Part shown: piece by piece, positions 16,801-25,478 of the stretch
Layout of the letters: every line of letters begins with the position of its first letter
How positions within the stretch are numbered: position 1 is the stretch's first letter
Source: Micrococcus luteus NCTC 2665
Lineage (GTDB): Bacteria; Actinomycetota; Actinomycetes; Actinomycetales; Micrococcaceae
Reading direction: 5' to 3'
NCBI RefSeq assembly: GCF_000023205.1
Contig: NC_012803.1
Location: forward strand, 1,110,001-1,142,000
DNA length: 32,000 nucleotides
Position numbers and translations under genes: made by a program
Notes under the pieces: model-generated
The model's input: the letters and a program-made list of their open reading frames with translations, nothing else
The model's database searches: none
What the model was told of the DNA's origin: nothing

Positions 16801-17253
16801 CTAAAAGAGCAGGTCAAAGATAGCCATGGCCCGCTCCCAGTGCACGCTCTGCGGGTTTTTGACCTTAGGATCGAGGATTTTGAAGGCACGTGCCAGCGCC
16901 ACCGTCAGCCCGCCGACCAGGCGCGGCGACTCCGCTTCCATCTCATAGCTGTAGGCCAGGTCGAGCGGGGGCAGGGCTACCAGCTGATCCAGGATAGGCT
17001 GAAGCTCCAGTGCGGTGTCCAGCCCGTCGAAGGCCCGCATGCTCTCCTTGAAGCCGAGCGTCAGCGGCAGGTCGTGCAGCTGGATGACGTCTCGCTGGTT
17101 GTCCTTGGCCGTGGCCTGCGCCGCCAGCAACAGATCGTAGACCTTCTGCCGCACGAAATCGTTCAGCCGCGCCAGGTCGTTCTTGTCCACGTCCAGGCCG
17201 GCTGCCTCCCGAAAGAGCCGTTCAAACTTCGATACGCCGATGATTTTCGCCAT
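16801..17253 (-). CDS. DUF1931-family protein (predicted pseudodimeric histone-fold protein), cargo of the composite transposon
   Basis: 150 aa, MAKIIGVSKFERLFREAAGLDVDKNDLARLNDFVRQKVYDLLLAAQATAKDNQRDVIQLHDLPLT...LDPKVKNPQSVHWERAMAIFDLLF. The pattern FERxFRxAAGLDVDKND...YDLL...A..N.RD.I...DLP...LPPLDL...LDP..KNPQ..HWERA..IFDLL matches DUF1931 proteins as I remember them. A strong SD (AGGAGGAGA) lies 7-10 nt upstream of the ATG. Codon usage is less GC3-biased than in host genes. Confidence 0.7.
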   Translation of the reverse strand: MAKIIGVSKFERLFREAAGLDVDKNDLARLNDFVRQKVYDLLLAAQATAKDNQRDVIQLHDLPLTLGFKESMRAFDGLDTALELQPILDQLVALPPLDLAYSYEMEAESPRLVGGLTVALARAFKILDPKVKNPQSVHWERAMAIFDLLF

Positions 17254-17312
17254 AGTTCTATCTCCTCCTGTCAGACTTACAGTGACACTAATAGCACGGA
17301 CACCGGGGGCCG

Positions 17313-18752
17313 GGTCAAGTCCCGTGGCGTGGTGTCATTCCGTTGTTCCCTGTGGGTGGGTGGTGGTCAGGCGGTGAGGTAGAGCTCGGGGCGGGCGGGT
17401 TCGGTGTGTTCGTGCAGGGTGTGGACGAGTTTGCGCATCGAGATGTCGGAGAAGTAGCGGCGTTCGCCGTATTGCCATTCCTCGTGTTGTTCCTGGAGGA
17501 CCGCGCCGATCAGGCGGGTCACGGAGTCGCGGTCGGGGAAGATCTGGACGACGTCGGCGCGGCGTTTGATCTCGCGGTTGAGGCGCTCGATGGGGTTGTT
17601 GGACCAGACCTTCTGCCAGTGCTCCCGGGGCAGCGGGGCGAACCCGGTGAGGTCCGGCTCGGCGGCCTCGAGCATGGCGGTGATCTCGGGGAACGAGCCG
17701 CGCAGACTGTCGGTGACCTGGTGATACTGCGCGATCACCGCTTCGGGGGTGGTCTGCGCGAAGATCGTGGAGATCAGCGCGTTGACCGGCTTGGAGCGTG
17801 CTGAGCCGAGCTTCTGGGTCACGTTGCGCGCGAAATGCACTCGGCATCGTTGCCACCCCGAGCCGGGCAGGATCGCTTTCACCGCGGCCTTGATGCCGGC
17901 GTGCGCGTCGGACGTGACCAGGGCAACCCCGAGCGGGTCGGCGTCGGTGGCGACCTTCAGGCCGCGGTCGCGGAGGCTGCGGAGGAACTCGGTCCAGAAG
18001 TCGGTGGTCTCCGCGTCACCGAGCGCCATCCCGAGGATCTCCCGCCTGCCCTCGCCGCTCACGCCGGTGGCGACGACGAGGGCCTGCGAGGCGACCCGGC
18101 CGCGGTGGCGGACGTCGAGGTAGGTCGCGTCGAGGAACAGGTACGGGAACCAAGTGTGATCGATCCGGCGGGAAAGGAACTCCTGCACCGCCTCGTCGAT
18201 CTCACCGCAGATCCGCGACACCGTCGACCGGCTGATGCCGGTGTCGTTGCCGAGCGCCCGCACCAGCTGATCGACCTTGCGGGTCGAGACGCCGTCGATC
18301 CAGGCCTGACAGATCACCGCGTAGAGCGCCTTGTCGACCCGGCGGCGCGGGCTCAGCAGCGAGGGGAAGAACGACCCCTCCCGCAGCTTCGGGATCTGAA
18401 GGTCCACCTCCCCGGCCGGGGTCGCGAGGGTCTTCGGCCGGGTGCCGTTACGGCGGGTGGTCCGCTCCGGGGTGCGCTCGTAACGGGCCGCGCCGATCTT
18501 CACGGTCGCTTCCGCGTTGATCAGGTCTTGCAGGCCGGCCTGCAGCATTCGCCGGAACACGTCCGAGTGGGCCAGGTCGGGGTCGGCGAGGACTTCGCCG
18601 ATCAGGGTCGTCAGGGCAGACTGGTTGTGGGTCATCGTGGGATCACTCTTCTTGCTTCTTGGCGGAAACAACTGGTCATCCCACGATGGCCCTTCACCGT
18701 CTACGACGACGAGAACCCCGCGGGAATTGACACCACGCCACGGGACTTGACC
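17313..18752 (-). mobile_element. ISb copy 2 (IS256 family), intact, 1440 bp
   Basis: Perfect 25-nt terminal inverted repeat GGTCAAGTCCCGTGGCGTGGTGTCA at 17313-17337 and, as reverse complement, at 18728-18752. It carries a single transposase ORF. Confidence 0.88.
17367..18635 (-). CDS. IS256-family transposase of ISb, copy 2
   Basis: Start at the same MTHNQSALTT methionine as copy 1 (mirror of 15418). The longer track ORF (to 18941) runs through the IS end into flanking DNA and is not credible upstream of this Met. Confidence 0.9.
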   Translation of the reverse strand: MTHNQSALTTLIGEVLADPDLAHSDVFRRMLQAGLQDLINAEATVKIGAARYERTPERTTRRNGTRPKTLATPAGEVDLQIPKLREGSFFPSLLSPRRRVDKALYAVICQAWIDGVSTRKVDQLVRALGNDTGISRSTVSRICGEIDEAVQEFLSRRIDHTWFPYLFLDATYLDVRHRGRVASQALVVATGVSGEGRREILGMALGDAETTDFWTEFLRSLRDRGLKVATDADPLGVALVTSDAHAGIKAAVKAILPGSGWQRCRVHFARNVTQKLGSARSKPVNALISTIFAQTTPEAVIAQYHQVTDSLRGSFPEITAMLEAAEPDLTGFAPLPREHWQKVWSNNPIERLNREIKRRADVVQIFPDRDSVTRLIGAVLQEQHEEWQYGERRYFSDISMRKLVHTLHEHTEPARPELYLTA

Positions 18753-18760
18753 GTTCTCTA
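18753..18760. repeat. Right copy of the 8-bp target-site duplication GTTCTCTA
   Basis: It lies directly outside the right IS terminus (…GGGACTTGACC|GTTCTCTA). Confidence 0.75.
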
Positions 18761-18997
18761 TAGACGAGTCCCGCCCTCTACGCCCCACATGTAGTGGTCC
18801 GCGGGGGCCGGACACGCCGCTCGCAGACGTGGCGAACTCGACTTTCCGGCTGTGGGAACCCGGCCCCGAGATCTCCACCGGCTGTGGACAGTCGACCTCG
18901 GCCCTGGCGTGTCCCGCATGTCCGCGCGGATCGTCTCGCACAGCAGGGTGTGGACAGGATGGGCAGAGGATGGGGATACGTAACTACAGTGGTGTGA

Positions 18998-19013
18998 CTA
19001 CTACATGTAGGGA
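18998..19013. promoter_or_regulatory. NrdR box 1 upstream of nrdH
   Basis: CTACTACATGTAGGGA. The core aCtAcATgTaG fits the 16-bp palindromic NrdR-box consensus (acaCwAtATaTwGtgt). Confidence 0.6.
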
Positions 19014-19029
19014 TGGTTCCTGGCGGAGA

Positions 19030-19045
19030 TCACTAGATGTAGTAT
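19030..19045. promoter_or_regulatory. NrdR box 2 upstream of nrdH
   Basis: TCACTAGATGTAGTAT, with the same core aCtAgATgTaG. Its centre is 32 bp from the centre of box 1, the usual tandem spacing. It overlaps a possible -10 hexamer TAGTAT (19040-19045). Confidence 0.6.
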
Positions 19046-19139
19046 CGACGCAGATGTTCGGCACGCTCCGTGATTCACCTCGCGGACGCCGCGCCGACAC
19101 CCGCAGACCACCAGAGACCACGAAGGAACAGGGATCGCC

Positions 19140-19385
19140 ATGACCGTCACCGTGTACACCAAGCCGGCCTGCGTGCAGTGCAACGCCACCTACCGTGCAC
19201 TGGACAAGAAGGGCATCGCCTACGAGGTCGTGGACATGTCCCAGGACCCCGCCGCCCTCGAGCGCGTCCGTGCCCTCGGCTTCATGCAGGCCCCCGTCGT
19301 CATCACCGAGACCGACTCCTGGTCCGGCTTCCGCCCGGACAAGATCGCCGAGCTCGCCGAGTCCGCCGCGGCATCGGTGGCCTGA
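19140..19385 (+). CDS. nrdH: NrdH-redoxin (glutaredoxin-like electron donor of class Ib RNR)
   Basis: 81 aa, [22 protein letters not shown]...WSGFRPDKI. The CVQC active site and the WSGFRP motif are NrdH hallmarks. It is the first gene of the nrdHIEF arrangement. Confidence 0.92.
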   Translation: MTVTVYTKPACVQCNATYRALDKKGIAYEVVDMSQDPAALERVRALGFMQAPVVITETDSWSGFRPDKIAELAESAAASVA

Positions 19386-19396
19386 CCGGAGTCGAC

Positions 19397-19864
19397 ATGA
19401 CCGTCGCCGCGGACCCGGGCCACATCCGCTCGGCCGAGGCGCAGGGGCTCGTCCCCACCGACGCGGGACTGATCTACTTCTCCTCCGCCTCCAACTACAC
19501 GCACCGCTTCGTCGAGAAGCTGGAGCTGCCCGAGGACCGGGTGGCTCGACTGCCGTTGATCACCCGGGAGCCCACCCTCGGGGCCACCGCCCCATACGTC
19601 CTGATGACCCCCACCTATGGCGGGGGCAGCGGGCCGGGCGCGGTCCCGAAGCAGGTGATCAAGTTCCTCAACGTCCCGGAGAACCGTCACTGGATTCGGG
19701 GCGTGATCGCGTCCGGGAACACCAACTTCCATGAGGGCTACTGCCTGGCCGGCTACATCATCTCCCGCAAGTGCCAGGTCCCCCTCATGTACAAATTCGA
19801 GCTGATGGGCACGCCCGACGACGTCGAACGCGTCCGCGGCGGCCTGGAAGGACTGTGGACATGA
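19397..19864 (+). CDS. nrdI: NrdI flavodoxin-like protein (class Ib RNR maturation)
   Basis: NrdI blocks [40 protein letters not shown] and [15 protein letters not shown]. The start is taken at ATG 19397. The stop overlaps the nrdE start (ATGA, 19861-19864). Confidence 0.88.
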   Translation: MTVAADPGHIRSAEAQGLVPTDAGLIYFSSASNYTHRFVEKLELPEDRVARLPLITREPTLGATAPYVLMTPTYGGGSGPGAVPKQVIKFLNVPENRHWIRGVIASGNTNFHEGYCLAGYIISRKCQVPLMYKFELMGTPDDVERVRGGLEGLWT

Positions 19865-22038
19865 CCATCACCGCACCCACCGAGGCGGACCTCATCCGCC
19901 AGGCGAAGAACATGCCCGCCGAGTGGCAGAACCTCGGCTATCACGAGCTCAACGCCATGCTGAACCTCTACGGCGCCGACGGTCGCATCCAGTTCGAGGC
20001 CGACCACGCGGCCGCGCGCCAGTACTTCCTGCAGCATGTCAACACCAACACGGTGTTCTTCCACGACCTGGAGGAGAAGCTCGACTACCTGCAGAAGAAC
20101 GACTACTACGAGACCGAGACGTTCGAGCAGTACCCCTTCGAGTTCGTCCGGGGCCTGTTCGATCGTGCCTACAAGGCCAAGTTCCGCTTCCCGACCTTCC
20201 TCGGCGCGTTCAAGTTCTACACCTCGTACGCCCTGAAGACCTTCGACGGCAAGCGCTACCTCGAGCGCTACGAGGACCGCGTCGCCGTCGTCGCCCTCCA
20301 CCTGGCCCGGGGCGACCAGGAGCTGGCCACCCATCTGGTGGACGAGATGATCGCCGGCCGCTTCCAGCCGGCCACCCCCACGTTCCTCAACTCGGGCAAG
20401 AAGCAGCGCGGCGAGCTCGTCTCCTGCTTCCTGCTGCGCATCGAGGACAACATGGAGTCGATCGCCCGCGGCATCAACTCCGCCCTGCAGCTGTCCAAGC
20501 GCGGCGGCGGGGTGGCCCTCTCGCTGACCAACATCCGCGAGCACGGCGCGCCCATCAAGCAGATCGAGAACCAGTCCTCCGGCGTCATCCCCGTGATGAA
20601 GCTCCTCGAGGACTCCTTCTCCTACGCCAACCAGCTCGGCGCGCGCCAGGGCGCCGGCGCGGTGTACCTCAACGCGCACCACCCGGACATCCACCGCTTC
20701 CTCGACACCAAGCGCGAGAACGCGGACGAGAAGATCCGCATCAAGACCCTCTCCCTCGGCGTCGTGATCCCGGACATCACGTTCCAGCTGGCGAAGAAGA
20801 ACGAGGACATGTACCTGTTCTCGCCGTACGACGTCGAGCGCGTCTACGGGGTGCCGTTCTCCGAGATCTCCGTGACCGAGAAGTACTACGAGATGGTCGA
20901 CGACGCGCGGATCAAGAAGACCAAGATCAGCGCGCGTGAGTTCTTCCAGACCATCGCCGAGATCCAGTTCGAGTCCGGCTACCCGTACGTCGTGTTCGAG
21001 GACACCGTGAACGCCGCGAACCCGATCAAGGGCCGCATCACCATGTCCAACCTGTGCTCCGAGATCCTGCAGGTCTCCGAGGCCTCCGAGTACAACGAGG
21101 ACCTGAGCTACGCCCACGTGGGCCAGGACATCTCGTGCAACCTCGGCTCGATGAACATCGCCAAGACCATGGACTCGCCGGACTTCGGCCGGTCCGTGGA
21201 GACCGCGATCCGTGCGCTGACGGCCGTGTCGGTCATGTCCGACATCCAGTCGGTGCCGTCCATCGCCAAGGGCAACGCGGCCTCCCACGCCATCGGCCTG
21301 GGGCAGATGAACCTCCACGGCTACCTGGCACGCGAGCACGTCCACTACGGCTCGGAGGAGGGCATCGACTTCACGAACATGTACTTCTACGCGGTGCTGT
21401 TCCACGCGCTGCGCGCCTCGAACCGGATCGCCATCGAGACCGGCCAGCGGTTCGGCGGGTTCGAGGACTCGAAGTACGCCTCCGGGGAGTTCTTCGACAA
21501 GTACACGGACCAGGAGTGGGCGCCCGCCACCGAGCGCGTCGCCGAGCTGTTCGCGGACGCCGGCATCGCCCTGCCCACGCAGGACGACTGGCGTGAACTG
21601 AAGGCCTCCGTCATGGAGCACGGCATCTTCAACCGCAACCTGCAGGCCGTCCCGCCGACGGGCTCGATCTCCTACATCAACAACTCGACCTCCTCGATCC
21701 ACCCGGTGGCCTCGAAGATCGAGATCCGCAAGGAGGGCAAGCTCGGCCGCGTGTACTACCCGGCGCCGTACCTCACCAACGAGAACCTCGAGTACTACGA
21801 GGACGCGTACGAGATCGGCTACGAGAAGATCATCGACACGTATGCCGCGGCGACGCAGCACGTGGACCAGGGCCTGTCCCTGACGCTGTTCTTCAAGGAC
21901 ACGGCCACCACCCGTGACCTGAACCGCGCGCAGATCTACGCGTGGAGGAAGGGCATCAAGACGATCTACTACATCCGCCTGCGCCAGCTCGCGCTGGAGG
22001 GCACCGAGGTCGAGGGCTGCGTGAGCTGCATGCTCTGA
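19861..22038 (+). CDS. nrdE: Class Ib ribonucleoside-diphosphate reductase alpha subunit
   Basis: 725 aa. Blocks include [26 protein letters not shown], the SNLCSEI active-site region, [12 protein letters not shown] and the C-terminal ...EGCVSCML redox Cys pair. Confidence 0.95.
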   Translation: MTITAPTEADLIRQAKNMPAEWQNLGYHELNAMLNLYGADGRIQFEADHAAARQYFLQHVNTNTVFFHDLEEKLDYLQKNDYYETETFEQYPFEFVRGLFDRAYKAKFRFPTFLGAFKFYTSYALKTFDGKRYLERYEDRVAVVALHLARGDQELATHLVDEMIAGRFQPATPTFLNSGKKQRGELVSCFLLRIEDNMESIARGINSALQLSKRGGGVALSLTNIREHGAPIKQIENQSSGVIPVMKLLEDSFSYANQLGARQGAGAVYLNAHHPDIHRFLDTKRENADEKIRIKTLSLGVVIPDITFQLAKKNEDMYLFSPYDVERVYGVPFSEISVTEKYYEMVDDARIKKTKISAREFFQTIAEIQFESGYPYVVFEDTVNAANPIKGRITMSNLCSEILQVSEASEYNEDLSYAHVGQDISCNLGSMNIAKTMDSPDFGRSVETAIRALTAVSVMSDIQSVPSIAKGNAASHAIGLGQMNLHGYLAREHVHYGSEEGIDFTNMYFYAVLFHALRASNRIAIETGQRFGGFEDSKYASGEFFDKYTDQEWAPATERVAELFADAGIALPTQDDWRELKASVMEHGIFNRNLQAVPPTGSISYINNSTSSIHPVASKIEIRKEGKLGRVYYPAPYLTNENLEYYEDAYEIGYEKIIDTYAAATQHVDQGLSLTLFFKDTATTRDLNRAQIYAWRKGIKTIYYIRLRQLALEGTEVEGCVSCML

Positions 22039-22048
22039 CAGCCGGCCA

Positions 22049-22115
22049 TTCGAGGCGGGAAATCCCGCGTATTCCGCGCTTCTGAGCGCGCTTGCGCTGG
22101 ATTTCCCGCCTCGAA
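22049..22115 (+). other. Long perfect inverted repeat (17-bp arms) in the nrdE-nrdF spacer, possible terminator/attenuator or RNA processing hairpin
   Basis: TTCGAGGCGGGAAATCC (22049-22065), a 33-nt GC-rich loop, GGATTTCCCGCCTCGAA (22099-22115). It begins 11 nt after the nrdE stop. Confidence 0.5.
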
Positions 22116-22281
22116 GTGGAGCCGGCGCACCCGGGCGGGGCGGGCCCACGACGTCGTGAGCCCGGACCTGCCCGAGTGGCTGCCGCTGCCCCTGCGGGCC
22201 TACACTGACCCGGACCCGCGCCCCGCTGACCGTGCTCTCGCGAGCCCCCGGAATCCGCGGATTCTCAACGAATTCTTCTGA

Positions 22282-23268
<987 letters not shown>

Positions 23269-23311
23269 TCCCGTCCGCCTGAGGCCCTTGATGGGCCCCG
23301 CCGTCCGCAGG

Positions 23312-23367
23312 CCACCACGACGCCGGCCCGCACCTTCCCGTGAAGGTGCGGGCCGGCGTCGTGGTGG
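23312..23367 (+). terminator. Strong terminator-like hairpin after nrdF
   Basis: Perfect 25-bp stem CCACCACGACGCCGGCCCGCACCTT (23312-23336), loop CCCGTG, AAGGTGCGGGCCGGCGTCGTGGTGG (23343-23367). Confidence 0.7.
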
Positions 23368-23552
23368 GGAGGGGTGCCGCCGGCCACTGGATGGCAGGGG
23401 TTTGTCATATAACGACACATGACGCGGGCGGAAGGCGGGGTCCAGCCCTCCGAGAGGTCGGGAAATGAGACCTGTGTCACGTCGTTCCTTCCACGGCGCC
23501 CCGGTGTGGTTGACTTTTTCCCTGCACCGGTGACGACGCCGGGGCACCCCTC

Positions 23553-23645
23553 ACCATCTTGAGCGGCCGAGAGATCTGGGTCGACGACGCCGCAGCAACC
23601 ACACCCCCACCGACCGGGCGCAGGTGCTAACGCCAGGACCGATGG
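23553..23645 (+). promoter_or_regulatory. SAM-I-clan (S-box / SAM-IV-like) riboswitch-like leader of metNIQ
   Basis: CCATC TTGAG CGGCCGAGAGATCTGGGTCGACGACGCCGC A GCAACC ... GGTGCTAACGCCAGG ... GATGG. There is P1 pairing CCATC/GATGG, and GAGAGAtCTGGgtCGAcGAcgCC resembles the P2 kink-turn block GAGGGAcUGGCCCgAUGAagCC. The conserved GCAACC and GGUGCUAA..CC elements are present. The SD GGAAAGGA and ATG 23657 follow directly. Confidence 0.6.
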
Positions 23646-23656
23646 AAAGGACGGGA

Positions 23657-24748
23657 ATGTCGTCTACCCCTGCTCTCAGCACGTCTGCTCATCCCATGGG
23701 CACGCCCATGATCGAGGTGCGTGGTCTCGAGAAGACCTTCCGCCAGGGCGCGAAGGAGATCCGTGCGCTGCGCGGCGTCGACCTCGCCGTGGCCCCGGGC
23801 CGCATCCACGGGATCATCGGCCAGTCCGGCGCGGGCAAGTCCACGCTCGTGCGGTGCCTGACCCTGCTCGAGCCCCCGACCTCCGGGACGGTCTCCGTGG
23901 CGGGCAAGGACCTGACCCGGGAGTCGCGCTCCGGCCTGCTGGACTCCCGCCGCCGGATCGGCATGGTCTTCCAGCACGCCAACCTGTTCTCCTCCCGGAC
24001 CGCCCGCGACAACGTGGCCTATCCGCTCGAGGTCGCCGGCGGGTCCGATGCCGCCGCGCGTCGGGCGCGCGCAGACGAGCTGCTCGCCCTGGTGGGTCTC
24101 GAGGGCTTCGAAGGGTCCTACCCGGCGCAGCTGTCCGGCGGTCAGAAGCAGCGGGTGGGCATCGCTCGCGCGCTCGCGTCGGACCCCGACGTGCTGCTCT
24201 GCGACGAGCCCACCTCGGCCCTCGACCCCGCGAGCACGGAGGGTGTCCTGACCCTGATCGAGGACCTTTCCCGGCGCCTGGGCCTGACCGTCCTGGTCAT
24301 CACCCACGAGATGCACGTGGTCAAGCGACTGTGCCACGAGGTGTCCCTCCTGCAGGACGGGCGGATCGTCCAGTCCGGCGACCTCGGGGACGTGGCGTCC
24401 GACCTCGACTCGCCGCTGTCCGCCGCGTTGCTGCCTTTGCCCACGCCCCATGCCGCTCGGGACCAGCGCCTCGTGGAGGTGCTCGGCCGGGGCCGGGCCG
24501 CCTCCCTGCCCATCACCCAGCTGGTCCGCGACGCGGGCGCCGGCGACGTCGAGATCCTGGCCGGCACCGTCGAGGACCTCGCGGGGGAGCGCTTCTCCCA
24601 CCAGCTCCTGAGCCTGTCCGCCACGGAGGCCTCGGCCGACGCCGTGGTGGCGCGCCTGCAGGAGGCAGGCCTGACCGCTCGCGTCCGCACGGCTCGGCAG
24701 GCAGCCCAGGACCACGTCACCGCGGATGAGATCGGAGGAGCCCGATGA
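23657..24748 (+). CDS. metN: Methionine ABC transporter ATP-binding protein
   Basis: Walker A GQSGAGKST, signature LSGGQKQR, Walker B LLCDEPTSALD, and a C-terminal NIL-type regulatory domain. The start is taken at ATG 23657, because the in-frame upstream ATGs lie inside the riboswitch-like leader. A start further in (MIEVRGL) is possible. Confidence 0.88.
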   Translation: MSSTPALSTSAHPMGTPMIEVRGLEKTFRQGAKEIRALRGVDLAVAPGRIHGIIGQSGAGKSTLVRCLTLLEPPTSGTVSVAGKDLTRESRSGLLDSRRRIGMVFQHANLFSSRTARDNVAYPLEVAGGSDAAARRARADELLALVGLEGFEGSYPAQLSGGQKQRVGIARALASDPDVLLCDEPTSALDPASTEGVLTLIEDLSRRLGLTVLVITHEMHVVKRLCHEVSLLQDGRIVQSGDLGDVASDLDSPLSAALLPLPTPHAARDQRLVEVLGRGRAASLPITQLVRDAGAGDVEILAGTVEDLAGERFSHQLLSLSATEASADAVVARLQEAGLTARVRTARQAAQDHVTADEIGGAR

Positions 24749-25425
24749 CCTGGCTCGAGAAGCTGACCACGAACCCGGCGATCACCGAGGCCCTGCCTGA
24801 GGCGGTCGTGGAGACGTTGCTGATGGTGGCGATCTCCGGCGTCGCCACCGTGCTGATCGGCGGCCTCCTGGGCATCGTGCTGCATGTGACCCGTCCGGGG
24901 GGATTGAATCCCATGCCCGCCCTCTACACGGTGCTGTCCGCCGTGATCGTCAACATCACGAGGTCGATCCCGTACGCCATCCTCATGGTGGCGCTCATCC
25001 CGCTGACCAAGTGGCTCGTGGGCACGGCGATCGGGCCCATCGCGGCGACCATCTCCCTGACCATCGGCACCGCGCCGTTCTTCGCGCGCCTTGTGGAGTC
25101 GGCGCTGCGTGAGATCCCTTCGGGCACCGTGGACGCCGCGCAGGTCATGGGCTCCACCCGTGGCCAGGTCATCCGCAAGGTCCTCCTCCCGGAAGCCATG
25201 CCCGGCCTGATCGCGGCGACGACCACCACCCTGGTGACGCTCGTGGGCTACTCGGCCATGGCCGGCCTGATCGGCGGCGGCGGCCTCGGCCGCCTCGCCT
25301 ACAACTACGGCTACCAGCGATTCCAGACCGAGGTGATGGTCGTGACCATCGTCGTCATCGTCGTCCTGGTGCAGCTCATCCAGTGGATCGGCGACCTGCT
25401 GATCCGCCGCATGGACCACCGCTGA
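24745..25425 (+). CDS. metI: Methionine ABC transporter permease
   Basis: 226 aa with 5 TM segments and the EAA-loop region FFARLVESALREIP.G..DAAQVMGST..Q. There is an ATGA overlap with metN, and GGAGGAG lies upstream. Confidence 0.9.
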   Translation: MTWLEKLTTNPAITEALPEAVVETLLMVAISGVATVLIGGLLGIVLHVTRPGGLNPMPALYTVLSAVIVNITRSIPYAILMVALIPLTKWLVGTAIGPIAATISLTIGTAPFFARLVESALREIPSGTVDAAQVMGSTRGQVIRKVLLPEAMPGLIAATTTTLVTLVGYSAMAGLIGGGGLGRLAYNYGYQRFQTEVMVVTIVVIVVLVQLIQWIGDLLIRRMDHR

Positions 25426-25478
25426 CCCCTCACCTTCTTCTTCATCTCTCCATCCCTCCGACACGAAAGGCCCCTCCC

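Larger units (their letters stand above)
13859..18752. mobile_element. Composite transposon: inverted IS256-family copies (ISb) flanking a 572-bp cargo, with a nested second IS256-family element (ISa)
   Basis: 15342-16740 is the reverse complement of 17313-18711 (x+y=34053). Terminal repeats occur at the ends, and one 8-bp direct repeat flanks the whole unit. Details are in the findings. Confidence 0.8.

Noticed and set aside
16735-17382. 215-aa + strand ORF spanning the transposon cargo and running into the IS end
   Set aside because: It is antisense to the DUF1931 ORF, which has a strong SD and a recognisable family pattern. It also crosses the IS terminal repeat, and no RBS or motif supports it.
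18753-18768. Palindrome TCTATAGA at the transposon junction, as a possible lost partner of the orphan NrdR-like box
   Set aside because: It mismatches the consensus at the paired key positions (C/G instead of A/T at positions 6 and 11, and C at 13). The centre-to-centre distance to the orphan box is 29 bp rather than 31-32.
18829-19143. 104-aa ORF in the region between the transposon and nrdH
   Set aside because: It has no GC3 bias and a Cys/Arg/Ser/Gly-rich improbable product. It runs straight through the NrdR boxes and the nrdH leader and ends overlapping the nrdH start.
23404-23423. GTCAT-N10-ATGAC dyad in an A+T-richer patch, and a TTGACT hexamer (23510-23515), upstream of the metN leader
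   Set aside because: They are plausibly promoter or operator DNA. However, the 5-bp arms are weak, and I could not find a convincing -10 hexamer at 16-18 bp from TTGACT.
23624-23656. Upstream in-frame ATGs (23624, 23642) as the metN start
   Set aside because: Both lie inside the riboswitch-like structure and lack an SD. ATG 23657 follows GGAAAGGA at proper spacing.
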